A stretch of DNA of 64,000 bases, from the NCBI GenBank assembly GCA_964505355.1, contig CAZDHU010000035.1, forward strand, positions 2,002 through 66,001, given 5' to 3'. The notes under the pieces are model-generated. The model did no database searches. It saw only the letters and a program-made list of their open reading frames with translations, and was not told the origin of the DNA. Origin of the DNA: an uncultured Myxococcaceae bacterium (GTDB taxonomy: Bacteria; Myxococcota_A; UBA9160). Positions 25,466-35,400 of this stretch are shown here, piece after piece. A program made the position numbers and the translations under genes. Each line of letters opens with the position of its first letter. The first letter of the stretch is position 1.

Positions 25466-26317
25466 TCACGCTAGCACTCGCTCCCACGGCGATGCGTCGA
25501 GAAATGCGAGATGCCGTCCATCCCGGTGAAAGAATCGTCCCGTCGGCCCGCCGCGCGGTTGCGCCAGCAGGCGGAGCGTCATCGGAACCACCAGCCATGG
25601 CGACGCCGTCGAGCCCTGGTTCATTTCCGTGCGAGCTTCGCCCGGCTCGAGCACGTTGATCTGCGCGTCGAACGCGGGCTCGCTGGTCGCGAGTTCCCGG
25701 GCAAAGCAGGCGAAGAGCGAGTTCAGCGCGACCTTCGAGACGTTGTACGGGCCGAAGCCCGGCGTCGACGACCAGCCGGCCCCGGACGACAAGGCGAGCA
25801 CTCGCGCCGTTCCCGCGCGCCGAAACGCGGGCAGGCACTCGCGCGTGAGTTGCCAGGGGGCGTGAAGATTCAGCCGCAACAGCCGCTCCCAGTCGTCGAC
25901 GCGTTCCGTCACGAGCGGATTCGGCACGCCACCACGCGGAGGAAGCGCCGCATCATGCACCAGTCCGACGAGGGGGAACCGTTCGGCGACGACTTCCTTC
26001 GCCGCCCGGACCACCGCGTCTCGATCGTCGAGGTCGAGAGGACGAGGCGAGAGGCGCGCCGCATCGGCACCGAGTCGCCGCGCTTCGTCGATCGTCTCAT
26101 CCAGCTTCTCGCGGCGCCGGCCGCTGAGCAGCACACGAGCACCGAGCAGCGCGAGCGCGACCGCCTGCACTCGCCCGTATCCCGTCCCCGCGCCGGTGAT
26201 CCAGACCACGCGGTCGCGCAATCGATCGACCGCCTGCTGCGTCAGCCCGAAGCGGTGCCGCCCCACGTCAGCCGGATCGACCTCGAGCACGATCGGCGTC
26301 GCGGCGACCGGCATCAC
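25466..26317 (-). CDS. Short-chain dehydrogenase/reductase (SDR)
   Basis: ~282 aa. The start is GTG 26317 or ATG 26314, overlapping the upstream stop. ITGAGTGYG and YNVSKVA. Confidence 0.8.
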   Translation of the reverse strand: MMPVAATPIVLEVDPADVGRHRFGLTQQAVDRLRDRVVWITGAGTGYGRVQAVALALLGARVLLSGRRREKLDETIDEARRLGADAARLSPRPLDLDDRDAVVRAAKEVVAERFPLVGLVHDAALPPRGGVPNPLVTERVDDWERLLRLNLHAPWQLTRECLPAFRRAGTARVLALSSGAGWSSTPGFGPYNVSKVALNSLFACFARELATSEPAFDAQINVLEPGEARTEMNQGSTASPWLVVPMTLRLLAQPRGGPTGRFFHRDGRHLAFLDASPWERVLA

Positions 26318-27861
26318 GCATACTTCCTCGCCAGCCGCTTCGCCGACATCTCCTTCACGTGCGCGAGCGTCGCGGCGCCGAAGGTCTCTTCGACCAGTTG
26401 CAGGTAGCTCGGAGCCGCGAAGTAGGCGTGGAACGCGTCGTCACGGAAACGCAGGACGTCACCGGCCGGGACGTGTTTGGTCGGCAGGGGCAGGGTCTCG
26501 TAGGCGTGCTGCGAGTACGCGTACCACGGGCTCGGAAGCTGCCAGTTCTCGCGCAGCGCCATCTCGTAGAGCGGAGAGCCGGGATACGCCATCGCGGAGT
26601 AGAAGTTCGCGAACTCGCAGTTCAGGCGCAGCGCGAGATCGAGCGTCTGCTGCATGGTCTGGTGCGTGTCGTCGGGCAGGCCGAAGATGTAGTTGCCGAT
26701 CACGCGAATGCCCGCGTCCTGGATCGAGCGAACGACCTCGACGATGTCCTCTTCACCGAACTTCTTGTGCGCACCGTCGCGCACGTGCGCACTGCCCGAT
26801 TCGATGCCGAGCGCGAGCCAGTTGAAACCGGCCTGCTTCAGCTTCGGCAGCATCCCCTCGCGCACGGTGTCGATGCGGGCATAGGCCCAGAAGTTGAGGT
26901 CGTATCCGCGCTCGAGGATGCCGTCGCAGATTCCTTCCACCTGCTTCGGATTGAGCACGAACATTTCGTCGACGATCTTCACGTTCCGAACGCCGTACCG
27001 TTCGACCAGAATGCCCAGCTCGTGCACCACCTGCTGCGGCGAGTGATACCGAATGCCCGACTTCCCGAACGGCGCGTTGATGCAACAGAACGTGCAGCGA
27101 AACGGACAGCCGAGGCTGGTGTAGATCGACGCGTAGGGCATCCGCTGATCGATGCGGTCGAAGCAGTGCCAGTTGTGCGCGCGATATCGATCCATCGGCA
27201 GCAAGTCCCACGCCATCTCCGGAAAGGCCGCGTCGAGGTCCTCGAGATTGCGCGCCGGAGCGTTGCGACGCGGTCGTCCCGCGTCCCACCACCAGAGCCC
27301 CTCGACCTTCGCGAGATCCTCGCGCGATCCGTCGCGCAGGGCTTCGAGCAACTGCTCGATGGTGAGCGGCCCCTCGCCCTGACAGACGAAATCGACGGCC
27401 TCTTCGCGCATCGTGCGCTCGGGCAGGGCCGAGACGTGCCCGCCGACGATCAGCGTCGCCACCTCCGGCGTTTGCGAACGAATCGCGCGCAGTGTGTCGC
27501 CGGCCGCGGTCATCATCTGCGTCGAGGCGGAGGGTTGATGGCCGTACACCACCAGCACGGCGAGGCGCGGTCGTCGTTCCGCGACGGCATTCGCCACGCC
27601 CTGCGGAGAGAGACGCAGCGCCTCCGCGTCGAGCAGATCGACCGAGAAGCCGTGGTTACGCGCGTAGCTCGCGAGCATTCCCGCCCAGGCCGGCGGCTCG
27701 ACGGCCGTCAGTTCGCCTCCGAGATCCTGATAGACCTGCTCGCGCGCGCCGGGATTGACGAAAACGACGTCGAGGTCGGCGCGACCGCGCAGCGCGAACA
27801 CGTCTCGTTCGGCGGCCCCGTCCGTCCTGCCCGCGAGTTCCTCTGCCGTGATGATCGCCAT
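26314..27861 (-). CDS. Class B (B12-binding domain) radical SAM enzyme, methyltransferase-like
   Basis: 515 aa, ATG 27859-27861 with a GGGGAG SD. N-terminal B12-binding-like domain and a canonical GCPFRCTFC (CX3CX2C) cluster motif. Confidence 0.9.
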   Translation of the reverse strand: MAIITAEELAGRTDGAAERDVFALRGRADLDVVFVNPGAREQVYQDLGGELTAVEPPAWAGMLASYARNHGFSVDLLDAEALRLSPQGVANAVAERRPRLAVLVVYGHQPSASTQMMTAAGDTLRAIRSQTPEVATLIVGGHVSALPERTMREEAVDFVCQGEGPLTIEQLLEALRDGSREDLAKVEGLWWWDAGRPRRNAPARNLEDLDAAFPEMAWDLLPMDRYRAHNWHCFDRIDQRMPYASIYTSLGCPFRCTFCCINAPFGKSGIRYHSPQQVVHELGILVERYGVRNVKIVDEMFVLNPKQVEGICDGILERGYDLNFWAYARIDTVREGMLPKLKQAGFNWLALGIESGSAHVRDGAHKKFGEEDIVEVVRSIQDAGIRVIGNYIFGLPDDTHQTMQQTLDLALRLNCEFANFYSAMAYPGSPLYEMALRENWQLPSPWYAYSQHAYETLPLPTKHVPAGDVLRFRDDAFHAYFAAPSYLQLVEETFGAATLAHVKEMSAKRLARKYA

Positions 27862-27883
27862 CGTCGTCGTCTCCCCGGATCCG

Positions 27884-28819
27884 TCAGACGTTGGAGAACT
27901 GGTTCCGACGCAATACGGTGTAGCCTTTGACCAGCTCGCGGATCCCGTCGTCGAGCGAGACCTGCGGCTTCCAGCCCGTGCGGTGCAGACGGTCGCTGCT
28001 GACCACGTAGTCTCGCTTGTCCGGATCCTCTCCCACCTTCGCTTCGTACCAGACGAACGACGGGGCGTGTCGCTTGATCGCCTCGCAGAGCCCTGCCTTG
28101 CTCATGTTCGCTTCATCGAGGCCGAGGTTGAAGGGCCGGCCCTGCATGGCGTCGAAGTGCTCCATCGCGTGCAGGAAGCCCGACGAGATGTCCCGTACGT
28201 GGACGAAGTTGCGCCGGAAGTGAGCCTCGAAGAGCACGAGAAACCGGTCGTTCACCGCGCGATAGGTGAAATCGTTCACCAGCAAATCGAGTCGCATGCG
28301 CGGGCTGATGCCGAAGGCGGTGGCGAGGCGCAGCGTGATCGCCCGCCCCGCCTGCAGCAGACGGTTCTCCGCCTCGACCTTCAGTTTTCCGTACAGCGAG
28401 ACCGGTCGCAGCGGCGAGTCTTCGGTACAGAACGCGTCCTTCTCGCCCACGCCGTAGCCGCTGTTGGTGGTCGGATAGACGATGCCCTGCGACGAACTGC
28501 GCAGCTTCAGCAGGCTCGCGATCGCATCGACGATGACGGTCTGCGCACCGACGGGATCCTGCGCGCAAAGCGGTGCGCCGGTCAGACAGGCCAGCGGGAA
28601 GACGAAGTCGACTCCGCGCAACGCGTCGCCGAGCGTGCGCTCGTCGCGCGCGTCCCCGCGAACGATCGAGAGCTTCGGGTCGTGGACGACGTCGAGCAGG
28701 GGCGTTTGCCCGAACAGGAAGTTGTCGAGCACCACGACTTCGTGACCCTGCGCGAGCAGCCGCGGCACCAGCACCGACCCGATGTAGCCGGCACCACCGG
28801 TGACGAGAACGCGAGACAT
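27884..28819 (-). CDS. NAD-dependent epimerase/dehydratase/reductase (extended SDR)
   Basis: 311 aa (MSRVLVTGGAGYIGS...; YGKLK). The start coordinate was derived from the stop at 27884 plus the residue count. Confidence 0.85.
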   Translation of the reverse strand: MSRVLVTGGAGYIGSVLVPRLLAQGHEVVVLDNFLFGQTPLLDVVHDPKLSIVRGDARDERTLGDALRGVDFVFPLACLTGAPLCAQDPVGAQTVIVDAIASLLKLRSSSQGIVYPTTNSGYGVGEKDAFCTEDSPLRPVSLYGKLKVEAENRLLQAGRAITLRLATAFGISPRMRLDLLVNDFTYRAVNDRFLVLFEAHFRRNFVHVRDISSGFLHAMEHFDAMQGRPFNLGLDEANMSKAGLCEAIKRHAPSFVWYEAKVGEDPDKRDYVVSSDRLHRTGWKPQVSLDDGIRELVKGYTVLRRNQFSNV

Positions 28820-28830
28820 CGATCCCCCCT

Positions 28831-29880
28831 CTACTGCGTGTTGGCTCGCGCGCGGCTCTCGTTCGATGCGAGCCACTGCTCGTGCCATTGATGGGCCCCG
28901 CGCAGACCGTCCGAGAGCGCGATGGCCGGCTTCCAGCCGAGCGCCCGCAGGGCCGAGCTGTCGAGTCGTTTGCGCGGCGCGCCGTCGGGCGCACTCGCGT
29001 CGAATCGGATCTCGCCCTCGAACCCGACGACGGTCGCGATCTCTCGCGCCAGCTCGGCGATCGACACTTCCTCGCCGGATCCCGCGTTGATCAGATCGAG
29101 TTCTTCGCCGCAGCCGAGCAGGAAGAGCGCTGCGTCGGCCGCGTCGTCGCAATGCAGAAACTCGCGAAGCGGACGACCCGAGCCGAGCACCGTGACCGAC
29201 TTCGCCCCCTCGACGCGCGCCGCGCGAAACCGCGTCATCAGCGCGGGAATGACGTGCGCCCGCTCCATCCCGAAATGGTCGTGCGGGCCGTACAGCGTCG
29301 CCGGCACCATGGCGAAGAACCGGCGACCGTGCTCGCGACGATGGGCGCGGCAGAGCTCGAGCCCCGCCAGCTTCGAGACCGCGTAGGCCTGACTGGTGGG
29401 TTCGAGCGGACCGCCGTACAGAGCGTCCTCGCGCATCGGCTGCGGAGCCTCGCGCGGATACATGCAAGAAGAGCCGAAGAGCACGAGCCCCCTCACGCCC
29501 ACCGCATCCGACGCCCCCAGCACGGCCAGTTCGATCGCGAGATTGGTCGTGAGGAAATCGATCGGGTGGCGCTGATTGGCGACGATGCCCCCCACCCGGG
29601 CGGCGGCGAGCAGGACGTACTCGGGGCGCTCGCGCTCGAACCACGCACGCACCGCGGGGCCGTCGGTCAGATCGAGCGCGGACCGGTCGGCCGTGAGAAC
29701 GTGGACGAAGCCAGCCGCTTCGAGCCGGCGCACGAGCGCGCGACCGAGCAGACCGCGGTGGCCGGCCACGAACACCCGTGATGCGCGATCGAGCCCGCGC
29801 GGCGCGACCCCGTGCGCGGACGGCACGACCTCTCCCGCCAAGATCCCCCCTTCGGCCGGCTCGACGGCGCGGTCCGACAT
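28831..29880 (-). CDS. GDP-L-fucose synthase-like (Fcl/WcaG family) 3,5-epimerase/4-reductase
   Basis: 349 aa. RVFVAGHRGLLGRALVRRL, YAVSKLAG (YxxxK), FLHCDD. First gene of the 29880->1203 train. A ~30-aa N-terminal extension leaves the start uncertain. Confidence 0.85.
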   Translation of the reverse strand: MSDRAVEPAEGGILAGEVVPSAHGVAPRGLDRASRVFVAGHRGLLGRALVRRLEAAGFVHVLTADRSALDLTDGPAVRAWFERERPEYVLLAAARVGGIVANQRHPIDFLTTNLAIELAVLGASDAVGVRGLVLFGSSCMYPREAPQPMREDALYGGPLEPTSQAYAVSKLAGLELCRAHRREHGRRFFAMVPATLYGPHDHFGMERAHVIPALMTRFRAARVEGAKSVTVLGSGRPLREFLHCDDAADAALFLLGCGEELDLINAGSGEEVSIAELAREIATVVGFEGEIRFDASAPDGAPRKRLDSSALRALGWKPAIALSDGLRGAHQWHEQWLASNESRARANTQ

Positions 29881-29979
29881 CGGTCGGTTGCATTCTCACC
29901 CACGATGCGCGGCAGCGAAAGCCGAATCTCGCGCCTCGCACCGCGTCGGGTCGTGCGCCTGCGCTCGCGAACTCGCGCG

Positions 29980-30009
29980 TTGACGGAGCGGGGCATCGCG
30001 AGCGATGCT
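29980..30009 (+). promoter_or_regulatory. Weak sigma70-like promoter candidate in the divergent intergenic region
   Basis: TTGACG (29980-29985), an 18-nt spacer, then GATGCT (30004-30009), upstream of the plus-strand gene starting at 30144. Sequence match only. Confidence 0.15.
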
Positions 30010-30143
30010 GCGCGGCGCGGTCGGTCGCCCACGGTGGTCACCGAATCGTCGGGCGAGGCGCCCGGGGGGTCCGCGGTCTCGCACCGGCTCGGGGCGAGCG
30101 GCATGGCAGCGGCCGGACGGATCGCCGGCCGGCGAGGGGAAAG

Positions 30144-31283
30144 ATGACGTCGAAGTTTCGGGTCTCGTTCGGCGAAATTCGGATCGGTGAGATCGCGCGC
30201 AGGCACCTGAACCAGGCCCTCGACAAGAACTGGGTCTCGGAGGGTGAGAACACGCGCGCCTTCGAGCGTCAGTTCGCGCAGCAGTTCGGCTACCGGCACG
30301 CGGTCGCCACCAGCTCCGGCACCGACGCGGACATCGTCGCCTGCGCCGCACTTCACGACTTCGGCGGTCGCCGCGGCGACGAGATCATCGTCCCGGCCTG
30401 TTCGTTCGTCGCCACCGCCAACTCGATCCTCGCCGCGGGCTTCGTCCCGAAGTTCGTCGACGTGAAGGTCGAAACGCTCAACCTCGACGAGACGAAGCTC
30501 GAGGCGGCGATCGGCCCCAGGACACGCGCCATCATGGCGGTGCACACCATGGGCAAGCCCTGCGAGATGGACACGATTCTCGCGGTCGCGCGAAGACACG
30601 GCCTCGCCGTGCTGGAGGATTCGTGCGAGGCCCACGGCGCGAAATATCGCGGCCAGTTCATCGGCTCGTTCGGTCAGGCGGCGATGTTCAGCTTTTACAT
30701 CGCGCACCTCATTTGCTGCGGCGAAGGCGGCATGATCGCGACCAACGACCCCGAGTGGGAGCAGGTGCTGCGCTCGGTGAAGAGTCACGGCCGACCCACC
30801 GGCTCGATCTTCTTCGACTTCCAGCGTTTCGGGACCAACTCGAAGATGAACGACATGGAGGCCGCGCTCGGTCTCGAGGGCATCGCATCTTTCGACGAGA
30901 CGTTCGAGATTCGAAAGCGGCACGTTCATCGACTGCTCGAACGGACCAAGGAGCTCGAGCAGTACTGCCACTTCATCGTCGAAGAGCCGCACGAAGTCGT
31001 CTCGCCGCACGCGTTTCCGGTGACGCTCCGCGACCCGAAGCTCGATCTGAAGAAGCTGTACGCGTACCTCGAAGATCACGGCGTGCAGTGCAAGACGAAC
31101 TTCGGCAGCCTGCCGACGCAGCATCGCGCGTTCGCCTTCATGGGCCACCAGCGGGGCGAGTTCCCGGCCTCCGAGTACATCGGCGAGAACGGCCTTCACT
31201 TCGGTGTTCACCGCCATCTCTCGGACGCCGACGTCGACTTCGCCGCCGACACGCTGCGCGCTTACTTCCGCACGCAGATCTGA
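30144..31283 (+). CDS. DegT/DnrJ/EryC1 (aspartate-aminotransferase fold) enzyme with His in place of the PLP Lys: ColD-like nucleotide-sugar 3-dehydratase
   Basis: 379 aa from ATG 30144 (GAGGGGA SD). The family motif normally reading SF..xK....GEGG reads SFYIAHLICCGEGG. The His is residue 188 (CAC at 30705-30707). Confidence 0.85.
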   Translation: MTSKFRVSFGEIRIGEIARRHLNQALDKNWVSEGENTRAFERQFAQQFGYRHAVATSSGTDADIVACAALHDFGGRRGDEIIVPACSFVATANSILAAGFVPKFVDVKVETLNLDETKLEAAIGPRTRAIMAVHTMGKPCEMDTILAVARRHGLAVLEDSCEAHGAKYRGQFIGSFGQAAMFSFYIAHLICCGEGGMIATNDPEWEQVLRSVKSHGRPTGSIFFDFQRFGTNSKMNDMEAALGLEGIASFDETFEIRKRHVHRLLERTKELEQYCHFIVEEPHEVVSPHAFPVTLRDPKLDLKKLYAYLEDHGVQCKTNFGSLPTQHRAFAFMGHQRGEFPASEYIGENGLHFGVHRHLSDADVDFAADTLRAYFRTQI

Positions 31284-31322
31284 GCGGGAAGGTGCGCTGC
31301 GGAGGCGGCCCGGCTTCGCGCG

Positions 31323-32489
31323 TCAGCGCTCGCGCGCACGCAGCGCCGCGCGCACGACCGGCTCCAGCAGGCGGGCTTCGATCTCGGTCGTCTTCGCCGT
31401 CACGTGAACGTCGTCGCGAAAGTGATCGAAGTCTTTCGGTACCGCCGCCTCGAGGTCGACGACCGGCGTGCCGGTCTCGGCGCCGACTTCGAGCACCGTG
31501 CGATTGAACCGGCGCAGTCCCTCGGCGAGCGATTCGTAGTCCGGATGTTCGCCTCCCTGTCCGCAATGCACCGGGCCGAAATAGAGCGCTTTCGCCGCCT
31601 CGGTGTCGTGCGCGGGCCCGTAGACGTTCGGCTGGGTGGCCAGAATCAGCGACACGCCGTCCGCCCGGGCGAGCGTCGCGAACAGACGAAGATTGTCGCG
31701 GAACGGCGAGAGACTCGGAAACTCGCGCACGCCGACCGCTCGCTGCTCCTCGCGCGCGCGCCGCGCGAAATCCGGCGCCTCCGCGTCGATCGGACCGGGC
31801 GATGCCACGGGCGCACGCCCCAGGGCACGGCGCACCGTCCGCAAGAGAAGTGACTCGCGAAACGGAATCCAGACCGCCTCGCGCGGTCGAGCCACCCGCA
31901 CGATGGCGCCCAGGTAGTGCGAGTAGTCGGGACGGAAGCGCGCCCCGGCGTCACAAAACCATTCGGGTGCGAAACTTCGGAAGAGATCGTTGATCGCGTG
32001 CATCACGATGATCACGTCCGGTTTCAATCGCCGGACGTGAAACGCGTATCGGATCACGCTGTGTTCGGTCGAATACCAGTCGCTCGCGGCGTTTTGAAGC
32101 TGAACTCGTTTCCCGCCCGGCGTCGCCGCGAGACGCCGCTCGAGCTTCGCGGGATAGGTGTCCTCGTAGGGCAGCCGCCATTCGAACGTGCTCGATCCAC
32201 CGAGCGTGAAGACTCGGCTCACGTCGTCCGAGAGATCGAGCGGATCTCCGCGAAACGAGTCGGCGTTGACGTGGATTCGATCGTTCGGCCGCGGGCGAAT
32301 TTGAAGAAACGGATCCACCTCGAAAAGCTCGCTTCGCGACTCCGCTCGTTCGGCTCGTTCACGCTGCGCTTCGAGTTCGCGCCACTGAAGAGCCCCTTCC
32401 ATGACCGCGAGGCTCAGCGACACCGACGTCACGAAGAGCAGCGACGACGCGACGGCAGATCGACGCCGGCGTCGGGATTCTTCCGTCAC
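31323..32489 (-). CDS. Membrane-anchored SGNH/GDSL-type hydrolase (polysaccharide esterase/acyl-modifying candidate)
   Basis: 388 aa from GTG 32487-32489 (GTGA overlap). N-terminal TM anchor. Block I-like FTLGGSST, block III-like MHAINDL, and C-terminal DDVH (DxxH). Confidence 0.7.
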   Translation of the reverse strand: MTEESRRRRRSAVASSLLFVTSVSLSLAVMEGALQWRELEAQRERAERAESRSELFEVDPFLQIRPRPNDRIHVNADSFRGDPLDLSDDVSRVFTLGGSSTFEWRLPYEDTYPAKLERRLAATPGGKRVQLQNAASDWYSTEHSVIRYAFHVRRLKPDVIIVMHAINDLFRSFAPEWFCDAGARFRPDYSHYLGAIVRVARPREAVWIPFRESLLLRTVRRALGRAPVASPGPIDAEAPDFARRAREEQRAVGVREFPSLSPFRDNLRLFATLARADGVSLILATQPNVYGPAHDTEAAKALYFGPVHCGQGGEHPDYESLAEGLRRFNRTVLEVGAETGTPVVDLEAAVPKDFDHFRDDVHVTAKTTEIEARLLEPVVRAALRARER

Positions 32490-35400
32490 GCGAGCCCGTC
32501 CCACGCGCGCGCGAGCCGGTCGATCTCGCTCGTCTCGAGCGGAGTCGAGTCGGGCGGGAGGCGCCAGCGCAGATCGGGTTCGAGCGCGAACTCGTGGCCG
32601 GCCGCGGAGAGCCGGCGACAAAGATCGAGACCGAGCAGCAACTCGCTCGACAGATCCTGCGCCAGCCCGCCGACCGAATCGAACGCGCTCCTGCGCACGG
32701 CGAGCCCGAAGATCCCGCTGCCGGCGTTCGTGGTCGCGCCCTCGGACGGCGGGACGAACCGGGCGGGATCGATCCCGCGACCGCTCTCGTGAATCACGCT
32801 GCGTCCGCTCTCGCGCGCGAGGCACGCGCTCGCGCGCCGTAGACGACCGCACCGCTGCTCGACGACGAGTCCCGAGACGGCCGCGCGGCGCGGGTCGGCT
32901 GCGAATGCGTTCGCGATCTTCGCGGCGAAGCCCGGCGCTGTCCCGGCACCGAGGGGGAGACACAGAAGAATGTCGCCCCGGGCGCGGCCGGCGGCGCTCT
33001 GCAGCGCGACCCCCGGCGACCCCGAGTACCAGCGCACGAGACAGACTTCGGTCGGCGTTCCGGGCGCAAGGCCTGCTTCCGCGAGGTCCCGCGGCGCGGG
33101 AATCTTCGCGCCCGCCCCGAACGGCGCGCGTGCGCGCTCGTCCGCCAGCAGCAGCACCGTGAGTCGCGGCGCGGGCTGGGGTGTTCCGATCGGCTCGAGT
33201 TCGAATGGCGCCGCCGATCCGTGCGAGGCGTCCACCCCTCCCGATCGACGCGCGACGTCGACCGGCACGGCGCCCGTCCCGCCGCCGTCTTCGTGTCCGC
33301 GCTCGATCGTTCGTTGCAAGCGCTCGGCCGCGCGTGCGCGCTCGCCGGCGAGCAGCCCGTAGGTCACGCGATCGCGCTGCGCGTGTCGCTTGCGGCCGGT
33401 TCCCGCCGCCCCGGCGCCGCCGGCGGCGAAGTGGTGTTCGAAGACGACGTCGGGCAAGAAAACGCGCCGCTCGTGACCCGCGCGCGCCAGCCGCGCGAAC
33501 ACGTCGTAGAGGTGCGACTCGATGTGGAAGTGGACGTACTGCGGGGCCGTCACGCAGCCGAGGACGTCGACCGCCGCGCGCGAGAGTGCCGGAAAGGTGG
33601 GATTGGCGTCGCGCTGGTGGAGATCGTCGCCCCAGACCAGCGCGATTCCGTCGTCGAATCGTGCGAACGCCTCGACGATGCGTGCGTCCCAGCCGCTGCG
33701 CGCGACGTGCACGTCGTCGTTGAGCAGGAGCACGATGCGTCCGGAACTCGACGCGACACAGCGTTCGGTGATCGCCCCCATCGGCGCACGCTCGCCGACG
33801 AGTCGCACGATGCGCAGCGCGTCGCAGCCGATCGCGTGGCTCGGCTCGTCGTCCTCGTCGACGTAGAGCACGACCTCGATCGCGCGCGGATCGCCGGCCG
33901 TCTTCGCCAGCGCTTCGAGCGTGGCACGTGCGAGCGAAGGACGACCCCGCGTCGGCATCACGATCGAGATCGCGATCTCCTGCCCGGCTCCGCCCGTGAC
34001 CTCTTGCGTCGCCCTCGGCAGTCGCTCTTCGCGCGACCACTCCGGATCGAGCACCAGTACGCGATCCCGGTCGAAGCCCTGCTCGATCAGCATCTCGCGC
34101 ACCCGGGCGAGGCCGAAGCGAAGGCCGAGCAGCACGGGCGGACCTTCGCGATCGAGTCGCAGCGTCGCAGCTTCGCCATCGCGAAGGTCAATCGTGCGTG
34201 CGATGCGAATGCCATGGGCCGGCGCAAACGCGCGAATGGCATCGACCAGATCCGCCGTACCGAGCAACTGAATCTCGCGCAGGCCTTCGCTGGCGAGGCC
34301 TTCGAGCCGCTGTCGAGCGCGCGCGAGCGGCTCACGAACGGCAGCCGCGACGTCGCGCGCGAGGTCGAGCGGAAGGCGCGCGCGGGTGACCATCTTTCGT
34401 GCTTTGCCCGAGAGGCTTCGAACGCGCGCGGCCAGCGCGGAGCCGCGGTCCTCGCCGAGCCCCGGAGTCTGAAGAAGCCCGCTGGTTCGTGCGACGAGCG
34501 CGGCGTACGCGGTCGTCGCCTGTGCGACGCGAAGCCCGGCGCGCAGCACGAGGGCGGGATACGCACGCATCGACGCCGCGAGCGTTCGCCCCTCACTGCT
34601 GTAGATCGACAGCCGCTCGGCGGACCAGGCCGTGGCCATCTCCGGAGCCGTCGCCAGCACGAGCAAATCATCGGCCCCCGGCAGCGAGGGGCGCAGCGCC
34701 GCTTCGCGCAGCGCGCGCACGGCCGGATTCTCGACCCGCGGCAGCACGCGCCCGGTTTCGCGGGCCCGCAGCGCCGACGACGACACGTGCCGGCCGTCGT
34801 GCGGCCCGACGAAGTTCTGCTCGCCCGAAGCTCCCGGGTGCCAGGTGTGGAAGATCCACTCGCGCTCGTGCCAGCGTTCGGCGAGACCGGCGTTGACGAG
34901 ACGGAACGTCATCTCGTAGGGGCCACAGACGTGGCCGAGATGGTCGAGATGCTCGTCGGCACCGCCGATCGCGATCAGGTCTTCGCGTCGTGCGCTCATG
35001 CACGCGCCGTAGTTCGCGACGTGCAGCGCGTCGCGCAACGGTTCTCCGCCGGGGCCGGGAATGCCGGCCGGGCGGCCGTCGACGAGGTTGATGCAATCGC
35101 TCGCCAGCACCTCGTCCACCGTCGGATGCGAGAACGGATAGAAGGCGCGGCTTCGGCTGCGGATCTCGTCGAGGTGCAGCACCTGCGCGGGCTCGGCGCC
35201 AAAGGCTTCGACGTGCGCGCGGACGAATCCCGGACCGAAGATCGCGTCCGAATCGCAGAAGGTGACGATGCGCCCGCGGCTCGCCACGAGACCGACGTCG
35301 TAGAGCAGATGTTTGTGGTAGTAAGCGGCGGGCGGCATCTCGAGCACGATCCACTGATCGACGGGAGCCGGCAGATTTCGTTCGGCGGCACGCGCGAGGC

